This document shows, one piece after another, positions 30,683 through 40,251 of a stretch of 64,000 bases of DNA. Made by a program: the position numbers and the translations under genes. The stretch is from Vitrella brassicaformis CCMP3155. Lineage: Eukaryota > Protista > Chromerida. Location: positions 1 through 64,000 of the forward strand of contig CDMY01000467.1 in assembly GCA_001179505.1 (NCBI GenBank). The letters are read 5' to 3'. The notes under the pieces were generated by a model. The model saw only the letters and a list, made by a program, of their open reading frames with translations, was not told the DNA's origin and searched no databases. Position 1 is the first letter of the stretch, and the number at the start of each line of letters is the position of its first letter.

Positions 30683-30756
30683 ACTGACATTTTCTTCTCG
30701 CCTTCAATCTAGTTTACAAAATGGTTGTCCGCTAACTAGTAAGCAAAAATTTAGAT

Positions 30757-32199
30757 TTAGTCGATGGGCTTCATAGATAAAACTGGTTCATTCGCTCTGT
30801 CAATTCCTTTTTCAAAGCCTGCAGCCTGAGCTCGAGCTCGGCCTGCGTGCCACCAGTGTCCTACTAGTAAGAAAAATCCTAGGAAGAAGTGAGCGCAAGT
30901 TAGCCATGAGCGAGGAGAAACATAGTTTACAGAATTTATTTCTGTAGCTACGCCTCCGACAGAATTTAGCGCCCCTAAAGGAGCATGTGTCATATACTCA
31001 GCGGCACGACGTTCCTGCCAAGGTTGGATATCAGAACGGATTTTATTGATATCTAAACCATTAGGTCCTCTTAGAGGCTCGATCCATGGCGCTCGAACAT
31101 CCCAGAAGCGCATGGTTTCGCCACCAAAAATAACCTCGCCGCTCGGAGAACGCATCAAGTATTTTCCTAGACCTGTGGGACCTTGTGCAGTAGCCACATT
31201 TTCGCCTAATTTTTGGTCACGAACCAAAAACGAAAAAGCTTGAGCTTGAGAAGCTTCCGCGCCTGTAGGACCATAGAATTCACTTGGGTAAGCCGTGTTA
31301 TTGAACCACACATAAATAGACGCAGTCAGTCCCATAACAGATAGGGCGCCCAAACTGTATGATAAGTATGCTTCACCAGACCAGATAAAGGCACGACGAA
31401 CCCATGGAGCCGGGTCACTAAAATAGTGGAAGAAGCCCCCTACTATACACAAAACGCCCACGTAGATATGACCACCAATAAGGTCCTCCATATTATTGAT
31501 AGAAATAATCCACCCATCCCCTCCAAAAGGAGCTTTTAGTGTGTACGCAAAGATGGTTGCGGGATCAAGCGTCGGCGTATCTATCACACGCACATCTCCG
31601 CCTCCTGGGGCCCACGTATCGTAAACGCCATGCGTTTGCGCCCAGAAAACTAAAGACAGTGATCCTAAGCCTAACAAAACCAGGTGGTAACCAAGAATAG
31701 TAGTCATCTTATCTTTGTCACGCCAGTCGTACTCAAAGATAGGAAACTTTTTCAAGCTAGCTGGTCCAAACAGAGAGTGAAACACTCCACCATAACCAAG
31801 CACAGCCGACGATATAAGATGCACCACTCCTACCACAAAATATGGGTAAGTGTCTACAATCTCTCCACCTGGACCTACTCCTAGGCCAAGCGTAGCTAAA
31901 TGAGGTAAGAGGATAGCTCCTTGTTCGTAGAGAGGCTTTTCAGGAATGTAATGTGACACCTCGAACAAAGTCATAGCCCCGGCCCAAAAGACAATCAAGC
32001 CAGCGTGGGCCACATGAGCACCCAGAAGTCTATTAGCGTACCTCTCATCAATTAAACGAGCATTGCCAGCCCACCAAGCAAAGCCGGTGCTTTCAATGTT
32101 TAGAGTTGCTGCATAAGGTAGGTTTTTAATGTAAGGAATGCGGGGTGACTTATATAGACCAGCGCTATTTTTAAATATATCCATGGGTGCAAGAGACAT
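30757..32199 (-). CDS. psbC: Photosystem II CP43
   Basis: [47 protein letters not shown]. Confidence 0.98.
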   Translation of the reverse strand: MSLAPMDIFKNSAGLYKSPRIPYIKNLPYAATLNIESTGFAWWAGNARLIDERYANRLLGAHVAHAGLIVFWAGAMTLFEVSHYIPEKPLYEQGAILLPHLATLGLGVGPGGEIVDTYPYFVVGVVHLISSAVLGYGGVFHSLFGPASLKKFPIFEYDWRDKDKMTTILGYHLVLLGLGSLSLVFWAQTHGVYDTWAPGGGDVRVIDTPTLDPATIFAYTLKAPFGGDGWIISINNMEDLIGGHIYVGVLCIVGGFFHYFSDPAPWVRRAFIWSGEAYLSYSLGALSVMGLTASIYVWFNNTAYPSEFYGPTGAEASQAQAFSFLVRDQKLGENVATAQGPTGLGKYLMRSPSGEVIFGGETMRFWDVRAPWIEPLRGPNGLDINKIRSDIQPWQERRAAEYMTHAPLGALNSVGGVATEINSVNYVSPRSWLTCAHFFLGFFLLVGHWWHAGRARAQAAGFEKGIDRANEPVLSMKPID

Positions 32200-32259
32200 A
32201 TACTGAAAGCTGATTAAATTGAAAATTACTCATCACATGTTTATTTAGCAGCATATACG

Positions 32260-33801
32260 TTATGAACCAGTCCCAGTTAGTCGCCCCGCTGCGGAGAACG
32301 AAGGGGCTCGCTCTTTAGCTTCGTACATTAGTTCGAGGGTAATTTGGTTTTGGTTAACGCTTGAAGCATAAGCTTCAACTTGCTGCTTAATTTTAGATCG
32401 TACGAAGGCCGGAATCTTTTGTAAGTGTAGTTTAGCCGGTTCTGACCATTCATGCATGGAGTCTGAATTCTGCGGCGTTGCTGCGGCGGGTGAGTCGTGG
32501 CCCCCAAAAATATCTAGCAGATGATCCTCCATCCCCAAAACAAAAGAATTGTAGATTAGGTCAGCAATCTGGTTCACCCCCTCGTATCCAACAAAAGGCC
32601 TGTAGCCGATTGGAAAGTTTTGAATGTGAATAGGGGCTGAAATCACCGCACAAGGGATTCCAAGTTTTTTTCCAATGTGACGTTCCATTTGCGTTCCAAA
32701 GATGGCATCGGGCTGAGCTTTGACAATAAAATCAGACACCAGGCTCGAGTGGTCGGTTAAAAGGACTTGATCGCAAAAATTCTCTACAAAAGCCTTGAAC
32801 CATAAATGGTCGTGTTGGCAATATGTCCCACAAACTAGAACTCTTACGTCTAGTTCAGAGTGTAACACTCTAGCAAAAGCAGACGCGTGACTCGAGTCTG
32901 CAAACACGAACGCTTTTTTTCCCGTTAAATTTTGACAGTCAATGGAACGAGCAAACCAAGCGGCTTGAGACTGAAATTTGGTCTGTCTGCCAATATAGCC
33001 TTGGAAGTCAACGTCATAGTTCAGCTTTTTAAGCTGCTGCTCCAACTCAGCAACCCAATCGGTCAAATTGGAAATCCCAATAGGAGAAATTGAAATATAA
33101 GGAATTCCTGTCTCAGCCTGCAGCCATTCGGCTGCTAAAAGTCCAATTTCCCTGTACAAGACTATGTTCAGAGATGCATTAGACATCTTCGTTAAGTCGG
33201 TTACTGCAAGGTTTCCCGGAACAACAAGATTAATCTGTATCTGCAAGTCTTGCAGGAGCCGTTTGATTTCAATAATGTCGTGTTGGTTGTGAAAAGCTAG
33301 GCTAAATGATCCGATGATGTTAACTGTCGGGGCGTCTGGAACTCCTTGGAATTTTGGTTGGACATAGAGTTTAATAATTTGTTGAAGAGTCTTATCTGCC
33401 GCCTCCAACTCGTTCACACGATAGTGGTTGATGTCTGCCAGTAACACGTCACAATTGGTTTCTAGCGAGGCTCGGTGAACAAAGTTGTGCAAATCTTCTT
33501 GCAAAATGCTGGATGTGCAGGTGGGAGTCACCACAATTAAGTCAGATTTGTTTTCTCGACGCTGACGAGCTATGTTACTTACCACCTTATCTTTAGACCC
33601 TCTAGCCAGCACATGACGGTCCACCACACTAGCCGTGACTTTGGTAAAGTCCCTCTGTCGTTCCATCATGGACCTCATGACATTAAAATAATCGTCACCC
33701 AAGGGTGCGTGCATGATCGCATGAACCCCCTTGAACGAGGTAGCGATTCGAAGCGTGCCGATGTGAGCTGGTCCAGAATACATCCAGTACGCCAGTTTCA
33801 T
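32260..33801 (-). CDS. chlB: DPOR subunit B
   Basis: MKLAYWMYSGPAHIGTLR, HAPLGDDYFN, PTCTSSILQEDL, C-terminal PCP_red-like KIPAFVRSKIK. Confidence 0.98.
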   Translation of the reverse strand: MKLAYWMYSGPAHIGTLRIATSFKGVHAIMHAPLGDDYFNVMRSMMERQRDFTKVTASVVDRHVLARGSKDKVVSNIARQRRENKSDLIVVTPTCTSSILQEDLHNFVHRASLETNCDVLLADINHYRVNELEAADKTLQQIIKLYVQPKFQGVPDAPTVNIIGSFSLAFHNQHDIIEIKRLLQDLQIQINLVVPGNLAVTDLTKMSNASLNIVLYREIGLLAAEWLQAETGIPYISISPIGISNLTDWVAELEQQLKKLNYDVDFQGYIGRQTKFQSQAAWFARSIDCQNLTGKKAFVFADSSHASAFARVLHSELDVRVLVCGTYCQHDHLWFKAFVENFCDQVLLTDHSSLVSDFIVKAQPDAIFGTQMERHIGKKLGIPCAVISAPIHIQNFPIGYRPFVGYEGVNQIADLIYNSFVLGMEDHLLDIFGGHDSPAAATPQNSDSMHEWSEPAKLHLQKIPAFVRSKIKQQVEAYASSVNQNQITLELMYEAKERAPSFSAAGRLTGTGS

Positions 33802-33875
33802 TCGAGTGGGGATTGAGGACTGAAGAGACAATCTTAAATGTACAGTATCCTCGCAATATGTAGTGAAAAGTCAAA

Positions 33876-36437
33876 CTAAGCTTCCTGCGGGCTGAGGTTT
33901 AATGCACTCACAGTCAAGGTCAAGTCCTTGGTCAGTCTGTCTGTGGAAAACCTAGCTAATAGAGGCTGCTTGAGTGAATACTTGAACAACAAATTACTCA
34001 GTGGAATTTCCACCATCCGACTAAGAGCTCTGGCTAGAGGACGGGCTCCGTAACCTGGCTGATAGCCCGCTTTCACTATTAGTTCTTTGGCTTCGTTTGT
34101 AACATTAAGGACTACTGGTTGTTTCGCGGCATTAAGTTTCTGTCTCAGTTCATTGATGTATTTGTCCAAGATAGAGGTTAGTTCATTAAAAGACAGGTTG
34201 TTAAAAACTACCATTCTATCGATACGGTTAATAAACTCTGGCCTGAAGTATTTTTCCAAGGCAGCTTGAACACGTCCAGAAATATAACGATAGGTTTTTT
34301 CTTCATGAAGAGACTCTTCTTGAACGTCTTTTGGATAGCCTAGGTTCGATGTGAATATAAGAATAGTATTAGTAAAGTCAACTTTCTGACCAGTGGAATC
34401 CGTGAGTCGCCCGTCATCCAATATTTGCAGCATAACATTCGATACATCCTCATGCGCCTTCTCGATCTCATCGAATAAAACGACGCTATAGGGCTGTTTT
34501 TTTACTGCCTCGGTAAGCTGCCCTCCCTCCCCATAACCCACATATCCAGGGGGAGAGCCTATTAATCTGGATGTCGAGTGTTTCTCCATGAATTCGCTCA
34601 TGTCGAATCTAACCAGATTAGCATCCGAGCCAAAAAGACTTTCAGATAAAGCTTTGGCAAGCTCGGTTTTTCCTACTCCCGTCGGCCCTGCAAAGAAGAA
34701 GCTGGCCAAAGGTCGCCCTATATTTTGAAACCCTAGTCGAGCTCGCCGCACGGCATCAGCCACAATGGACACGGCTCTGTTTTGTCCTATGACGCGTTTT
34801 TGTAAGCTAGACTCTAACGTGGTCATTTTAGCCTCTTCATCACTAGAAATCTCAGCCGTGGGAACTCCACTCCACAGTGACAGAACGTTGGCTAAATGCG
34901 ATGCAGACACTGCGGGATACTGAAGGGCTGCCAGGTAATCTTTATCAGTTTGTTGACGCAGAAGGAATTGTTCAAATTTTTTCCACGGCAAGATTAATTC
35001 GTACTCTTCTCTTCTTAGATACGACTCAATGGCCTGTTTGCTGGTTTCTAGCAATTGTTCCACATAGCCATCACTTTGTGATAAGGGCAACTGGTATTTC
35101 TGCTCGTGCTCCAGTCTAGCCTCCAGGCACGCAAAATCAAGTAAATCAATAGCTTTGTCTGGGAATGGTCTGGCAGTCAGATAGCGCTGACTTAGCTCCA
35201 AGCACTTTTCAAGCATAGTATTAGGTATGATGACCTTGTGATACTTTTCAAAATCATCTCTAAAGCCGACTAGAATGTCTCTAGTCTGGTTAAGCGAAGG
35301 CTCTTGAATAAATATAACCTCGAACCATCGCACGAAAGCCTGGTCTTTCTCCAGCTGTTTTTTGTACTCAGCGTAAGTTGTTGTGCCTATTAACTTTAAT
35401 CTATTATTGGACAAGGCTTCTCTCAAAATGCTTCCAGCCGATAGCCCACCCTCTGATGCGCCCATGCCTACTAAAGCATGGATGTCTTCTATGCACAGAA
35501 CCACTTCCGGTTGCTTCTCTAGTTCTGCAATCAGAGAGTTTACTTTTTGCTCAAGGTCTCCTCTGAACTGGGCTTCGCTTACTAATGATGAAGTGTTCAA
35601 ATTCCACAAAACCGTTTGCTGAAGATCAGCCGGTACTTGTTTTGACTCAATTCTCTTGGCTAGAAGCTCTAGAATAGTGGTTTTTCCCACTCCAGGATCT
35701 CCTACTAAAATAGCGTTGCGTTTTTGCTTGCGCGATAACACCTTAACTAAACGTGTTACTTCTTCAGATCTTCCTATAATCCATTTGTCTTCGAGTACAC
35801 TTATTTGATTACCCCACAAGTCTAGTTTGCCCCGAGAAGGGGTCGGAACTGGAGCATAATTTAAACTAAAGTAAGAAAGAAGTTGATGTTTAGAAATATT
35901 AAGAAAAGGGAGAGCCTGTCGTACATCGGGATACTTTTCACTTTCCTTTAACAGTATCCCCATGAGATCGAAACAGTTCACGTACTGTGTTTTCGTGCCG
36001 TCTCTGTCCACTGCAAAGGTAGTTCGGCGCAACAAATCACTGGCTCCAGAGGATAGTCTCCATTCCAAATCAAAATATAAATTCCATCCAGTCATGTAAT
36101 CCTCACTCCTCCCATGCCTTGCCCTCTCCATTTCTTCGCTAATCACATGTCTCACTTCAGCAAAGAATGGGTTTGGCTCATAAACACGAAAAGGCACTTG
36201 GGCAAAGTACGACCGTTGAACTGCAAAAAGGACATCTTCTACACTGTTAACGTTTGATCGACGCAAAAGGTTGTCTTGGTTCCAAAGAGCAGCACCAAGG
36301 AGGTGTGAGGGATATATGAGATCTGCATATGTGTAGTCCGCAATGAGGCTAGCATCATAAATAAGCCACAATAATTCCTGACTAAATGGGGCGATGTGGT
36401 ATGTTAGGTCATCGTTTTGCTTCGCTTTTTGAGTCAT
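33876..36437 (-). CDS. clpC: ClpC AAA+ chaperone
   Basis: Two Walker A motifs (GDPGVGKT, GPTGVGKT), KLIGSPPGYVG-like RLIGSPPGYVG, YGARPL. Confidence 0.96.
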   Translation of the reverse strand: MTQKAKQNDDLTYHIAPFSQELLWLIYDASLIADYTYADLIYPSHLLGAALWNQDNLLRRSNVNSVEDVLFAVQRSYFAQVPFRVYEPNPFFAEVRHVISEEMERARHGRSEDYMTGWNLYFDLEWRLSSGASDLLRRTTFAVDRDGTKTQYVNCFDLMGILLKESEKYPDVRQALPFLNISKHQLLSYFSLNYAPVPTPSRGKLDLWGNQISVLEDKWIIGRSEEVTRLVKVLSRKQKRNAILVGDPGVGKTTILELLAKRIESKQVPADLQQTVLWNLNTSSLVSEAQFRGDLEQKVNSLIAELEKQPEVVLCIEDIHALVGMGASEGGLSAGSILREALSNNRLKLIGTTTYAEYKKQLEKDQAFVRWFEVIFIQEPSLNQTRDILVGFRDDFEKYHKVIIPNTMLEKCLELSQRYLTARPFPDKAIDLLDFACLEARLEHEQKYQLPLSQSDGYVEQLLETSKQAIESYLRREEYELILPWKKFEQFLLRQQTDKDYLAALQYPAVSASHLANVLSLWSGVPTAEISSDEEAKMTTLESSLQKRVIGQNRAVSIVADAVRRARLGFQNIGRPLASFFFAGPTGVGKTELAKALSESLFGSDANLVRFDMSEFMEKHSTSRLIGSPPGYVGYGEGGQLTEAVKKQPYSVVLFDEIEKAHEDVSNVMLQILDDGRLTDSTGQKVDFTNTILIFTSNLGYPKDVQEESLHEEKTYRYISGRVQAALEKYFRPEFINRIDRMVVFNNLSFNELTSILDKYINELRQKLNAAKQPVVLNVTNEAKELIVKAGYQPGYGARPLARALSRMVEIPLSNLLFKYSLKQPLLARFSTDRLTKDLTLTVSALNLSPQEA

Positions 36438-36478
36438 ATTGTTTAACGTTCTACTGTGCTTGAAAACACCTGGCCCTG

Positions 36479-36721
36479 CTAATAGGCCAATCCCATGCTT
36501 CGAGTAGTTTCATCACCTAAATAAACGCGTATACTAAGAAAATCCGTCGGACAGGCAGACTCGCACCTTTTACAGCCCACACAGTCCTCGAGCCTTGGAG
36601 CAGAGGCCATTTGTCCAGCCTTGCATCCCGGCCAAGGAGCCATTTCCAGCACATCTGTTGGGCACGCTCGGACACATTGAGTGCAGCCGATGCAGGTGTC
36701 GTAAATCAAAACCTGGTGCAT
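36479..36721 (-). CDS. psaC: Photosystem I iron-sulfur centre
   Basis: [15 protein letters not shown] and [14 protein letters not shown]; [10 protein letters not shown]. Confidence 0.99.
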   Translation of the reverse strand: MHQVLIYDTCIGCTQCVRACPTDVLEMAPWPGCKAGQMASAPRLEDCVGCKRCESACPTDFLSIRVYLGDETTRSMGLAY

Positions 36722-36804
36722 AAACAACCCATAACGTTCCAAACCACACCTAGCTTAATATGTCTTTTCGGCTAATCAAACGCCCATTGAGATGCTTTCA
36801 CGCA

Positions 36805-37239
36805 CTAATCAGTGGCCGGCATAGCTGAAACCCCCATGTTGCGAGCAGTGCCTGAAACAATCTTTTTGGCTACTTCTAAATTTTCCGTGTTCAAATCTGG
36901 CAACTTTTGTCTAGCTATTTCCTCCAGTTGCTGTTGAGTTAAGCGTCCCGCTGGGCTTTGTTTCGGATTAGCAGACCCTTTCTTAATTGAAACGGCTTGA
37001 AGAATCAAAAGAGAGGTTGGAGGAGTCTTTAGCACAAAAGTGAAGCTGCGGTCATCATATATAGTGATCTCCGCAGGCACAATCGTGTTTGTCATAGAAC
37101 TAGTCTGATCGTTATATTGTTTACAAAAAGAAGCAAGATTAACTCCGAAAGACCCAAGAGCCGGCCCGACAGGGGGCGAAGGCGTGGCTTTCCCCGCCGA
37201 TAAAGCTAGTTTGACCTTACCTATGAGTTTTTTGGACAT
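36805..37239 (-). CDS. rpl11: 50S ribosomal protein L11
   Basis: AGKATPSPPVGPALG, FTFVLKTPP, KLPDLN, GTARNMG. Confidence 0.97.
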   Translation of the reverse strand: MSKKLIGKVKLALSAGKATPSPPVGPALGSFGVNLASFCKQYNDQTSSMTNTIVPAEITIYDDRSFTFVLKTPPTSLLILQAVSIKKGSANPKQSPAGRLTQQQLEEIARQKLPDLNTENLEVAKKIVSGTARNMGVSAMPATD

Positions 37240-37398
37240 GTTGTTTTTGACAGGTCGACACACTTAACCAAATGTGCTAGAAAGGAGAAGAAGAGACGAA
37301 ATGCACTAGACTTTAAACTTGCTCCAAAGCGGTTACTTCAGGCACAACTGATTAAAGGTGCTTAGACTGGTGTGAAGAATCAAAACTCTTCCTAAAAA

Positions 37399-38022
37399 AT
37401 GAAAATTCAGCTCAAAAAAAAGACTTTGCGGAAACTCCAACTTACTTCTCACCCACGCTTCCAAGAGAAGCCGCGGTCTCGGTCTCTAGACTTGACGAAG
37501 GACTCCAAAATATCGGTGCGTCGACTCATAGAGAAACAGCGCCTGCGCTATCATCACAGCCTGACACAGTCTCAGGTTAAACGTTATGTCGCGGAGACAC
37601 GCAAATACCCGGGACCGTCTGGCTTAGCTCTTCTCTGTGAGTTGGCCATGCGCTTGGATAGCTTTTTGTTTCAAGTAGGGTTTGCTGTATCTATAAGAAG
37701 TTCACGACAGTTAATTCGTCACGGCCACGTTTTTGTAAATGGACGTGTTGTCTCGTTACCTGGGTACCGGTGCAAGCAGGGTGACCTTATTTGTATTGCT
37801 CCTAGAGTGGAAAGTCGAAGATTGGTAAGCCGTCACGTCCTAGCAACTCGAACCAAACGAGCAGCCAACACTTTCAACAAAAGCTTCTCTGCTTTGACCC
37901 CAGTCTCGGAATATGCAAAAGTTTGTCCCCGAAATCTGAAAATCTTGGTGCTCCGAAACATCAAGCCGCGAGAATTGCTTCTCAAAGTAGACCCCATGCT
38001 GGTTCTGGAATCTTTTGCATAG
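37399..38022 (+). CDS. rps4: 30S ribosomal protein S4
   Basis: LIEKQRLRYHH, ELAMRLDS, SRQLIRHGHVFVNG...PGY. Confidence 0.93.
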   Translation: MKIQLKKKTLRKLQLTSHPRFQEKPRSRSLDLTKDSKISVRRLIEKQRLRYHHSLTQSQVKRYVAETRKYPGPSGLALLCELAMRLDSFLFQVGFAVSIRSSRQLIRHGHVFVNGRVVSLPGYRCKQGDLICIAPRVESRRLVSRHVLATRTKRAANTFNKSFSALTPVSEYAKVCPRNLKILVLRNIKPRELLLKVDPMLVLESFA

Positions 38023-38049
38023 CGATTTGCTCTGACCAAACAACAAAAA

Positions 38050-38123
38050 GGCGTTTGTAGCCAAGTGGTTAAGGCGCTGGTCTGTGGATCCAGTACTCGC
38101 GGGTTCGAATCCCGTCATTCGCC
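38050..38123 (+). tRNA. trnH: tRNA-His(GUG)
   Basis: Loop CT GTG GA; G-1 and C73; the acceptor stem has two U.U mismatches. Confidence 0.88.
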
Positions 38124-38158
38124 CTTCTCTCGCGCACATAGACAAATCCTGATGTTTC

Positions 38159-38230
38159 GGCGGCATAGCCAAGCGGTAAGGCAAAGGATTGCAAATCCTC
38201 TATTCCCCAGTTCGAGTCTGGGTGCCGCCT
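38159..38230 (+). tRNA. trnC: tRNA-Cys(GCA)
   Basis: GGCGGCA...TGCCGCC T; loop TT GCA AA. Confidence 0.95.
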
Positions 38231-38231
38231 G

Positions 38232-38483
38232 GGGGGTATGGTGAAATAGGTAAACACGACGGACTTTGAAGGGACCTTTAGGTCACCTCTGTAAATGCAC
38301 TGAATTCACACAGCTGGCCATAAAACAGTGCCTCCACGTTTTCGAGTTAAATGTTAAGTGGTGCAGAGACTTCTCCAGAGTATAGATTTGTAAATGGCGA
38401 GTCCTCATTTGCCCTCTTAATGACTATGTAGTGAAAATCCGTTGACTATTGCAGTCTTGAGGGTTCAAGTCCCTCTACCCCCA
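38232..38483 (+). tRNA. trnL: tRNA-Leu(UAA), intron-containing (exons 38232-38266 and 38434-38483)
   Basis: 5' exon ends GGACTT and 3' exon starts AAAATCC, the classic trnL(UAA) split; acceptor GGGGGTA/TACCCCC. Confidence 0.9.
38267..38433 (+). mobile_element. Short group I intron (167 nt) in trnL(UAA)
   Basis: Inserted after U34, ends in G; contains R-element GGTGCAGAGACT and S-like GCGAGTCC; no ORF. Confidence 0.85.
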
Positions 38484-38552
38484 GAATCTAGCAACTCTAC
38501 TTCTTTTCCAAGACCTATTCTTAGAAGCAGCTTCACAAACTTATTGGCTCTT

Positions 38553-38624
38553 CACGCCCTGAAGGATTTGAACCCTCGTCATCGGGTTTTGGAGACCCGC
38601 GTTCTACCCCTGAACTAAGGACGC
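38553..38624 (-). tRNA. trnW: tRNA-Trp(CCA)
   Basis: Anticodon arm CGGGT-CT CCA AA-ACCCG. Confidence 0.93.
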
Positions 38625-38651
38625 TCCTTTATTTGTCAGAGAGGGTGAAAC

Positions 38652-38795
38652 TTATCTGAAGGAGAAGGCTGCTTGCCAAAGAAAAGCCAGTAGTAGGAAC
38701 AAAACAGGGACCGCAGGCAAGACATCGATGACCGGAGCCATGAATTGGTAAGTTTCTGGAAGTTTGCACAAAACTTCAAAAAGGCTTGAATTCAT
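38652..38795 (-). CDS. psbK: Photosystem II protein K
   Basis: Hand translation [47 protein letters not shown]. Confidence 0.95.
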   Translation of the reverse strand: MNSSLFEVLCKLPETYQFMAPVIDVLPAVPVLFLLLAFLWQAAFSFR

Positions 38796-38897
38796 AAGAT
38801 CATGAAGGTGTTTAAAAATATGTCACAAATTTACATAACTTCTAATAAAGTCTAACTCCAGAAAGTGGTCAGCCTGACCATACCGAGAAAATCTATT

Positions 38898-38990
38898 TTA
38901 CAGCCCGTTGCGCCCCCATACGGTGAGAGCGATTGACATAGCGGTAACCGCACACAGCAAAGCCCACCCAAGCATAACTTCAGAAGGCAT
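38898..38990 (-). CDS. petN: Cytochrome b6f subunit VIII
   Basis: Hand translation MPSEVMLGWALLCAVTAMSIALTVWGRNGL. Confidence 0.92.
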   Translation of the reverse strand: MPSEVMLGWALLCAVTAMSIALTVWGRNGL

Positions 38991-39072
38991 TCCAAGATCC
39001 TCCATTTGCCTAAAATTAAAAGCCGTTAGAGGTTCTTCGCACCGAGACTAGTGGCGTCTGGACCTGTTACTG

Positions 39073-39645
39073 TTAGTTAAGAAAATTAAAAACTTTGGTC
39101 GATTCCGAAGAATTGGGCCTGGTTTTTAGAACATATCGAATGGCGTAGATTCCTCCTAGAACAGCGAGTGAGCCGGTGGTTAAAAAGGCGTAGCTTACAA
39201 TCATCATGCTCACATGGACACTTAGCCAAGGAGCTCGGAGACTTTGAGGAGGCCCATTTGACTGTTGCATAGCCACAGGAAGAGCCGAGTCTACGAACAG
39301 TAAAACTCCTCCTAACAAAATCGTGATTCCCAGAGCCAGCCAAGGGCTAATTCTTTTGAGGCGTGACGTCGGTCCTAACACTAGCAAGTTCAGCGCACAA
39401 ATAAGCAGAGCTAGTACACAAAACGATTCGTAGAGACTAGCCAGAGGGACAGTGTGGTACCACACGCACCTTAAAAGAAACCAAACCAAAAAACATTCCA
39501 AAAGAACCCACAGGCAAAAACGGCTAGTCACAGAAAAGACTTTAGAACATTTTAGCCAGGGCGCCAGGGTAAACCCGGCTAGTTGTGCCAGAAACGACAT
39601 GTTGGTAAAAGCTAGCCAAGACTGTGTCATCCAACTGTAGCCCAT
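39073..39645 (-). CDS. ccsA: CcsA N-terminal half only (cytochrome c biogenesis system II)
   Basis: PLASLYES and WLSVHVSMMIVSYA match CcsA (PLSNLYES, WLMMHVSMMILSYA). The 190-aa ORF stops before the WWD domain. Confidence 0.8.
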   Translation of the reverse strand: MGYSWMTQSWLAFTNMSFLAQLAGFTLAPWLKCSKVFSVTSRFCLWVLLECFLVWFLLRCVWYHTVPLASLYESFCVLALLICALNLLVLGPTSRLKRISPWLALGITILLGGVLLFVDSALPVAMQQSNGPPQSLRAPWLSVHVSMMIVSYAFLTTGSLAVLGGIYAIRYVLKTRPNSSESTKVFNFLN

Positions 39646-39718
39646 AAAAACTTGTTTAGCCCGTCATTCTATTCATGAATGCACTCAAAATCACAAACAA
39701 AAACAGAAGCAGCTTATC

Positions 39719-40192
39719 TTAATAATAAACCTTCCCCCCTCCCCACTTTTCTGAAACTAACTTCGGCTGTAACAAGATATGCCCGGCTATAGCAAACAAG
39801 TCGTCTTCTGTCAGATTACGCATTTTTGGAAATATATCAGCGTTCGTGACGTTGGGATGAAGTTCTGATAAAGATTCCACTCCATCATAGCTTTTAGGGT
39901 CCTTCATATAATTAATCAAGGCTTCAATATTGTCTCTACGTGGCTGAGCGCCTTTTAGAGCTGTGAGGTCTAGACCAACGTTTTGGTTGGTCTTCGTTAC
40001 GCCTCCGGTATGGCAAGTGCTGCAAGAAGCGTTAAATAAGCGCTTCCCCCGTTTGACCTGCTCTAGAGTAAGGGTAACGGAACGTCCCGCCTCATTTAAG
40101 GGTATGGTTAAAGCCTCGGAGTCAAGCTCTTTACTTAGTTTCCATTGATAGTCGAATACCTGGGGCCCGTTTAGTAAGACGTTCTCTAACAT
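39719..40192 (-). CDS. psbV: Cytochrome c550
   Basis: EQVKRGKRLFNASCSTCHTGG, SELHP, EKWGGGKVYY. Confidence 0.97.
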   Translation of the reverse strand: MLENVLLNGPQVFDYQWKLSKELDSEALTIPLNEAGRSVTLTLEQVKRGKRLFNASCSTCHTGGVTKTNQNVGLDLTALKGAQPRRDNIEALINYMKDPKSYDGVESLSELHPNVTNADIFPKMRNLTEDDLFAIAGHILLQPKLVSEKWGGGKVYY

Positions 40193-40251
40193 TGGAGGAG
40201 TCCGATGGATCTGTAGATGTTTCTCCTGATTAAACCTAAATGTATTATCTG

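Noticed and set aside
38553-38624. Possible UGA=Trp code as in Chromera or some apicoplasts
   Set aside because: trnW has a CCA anticodon, conserved Trp positions use TGG in uninterrupted ORFs, and TGA serves as a stop (rpl14, secY).
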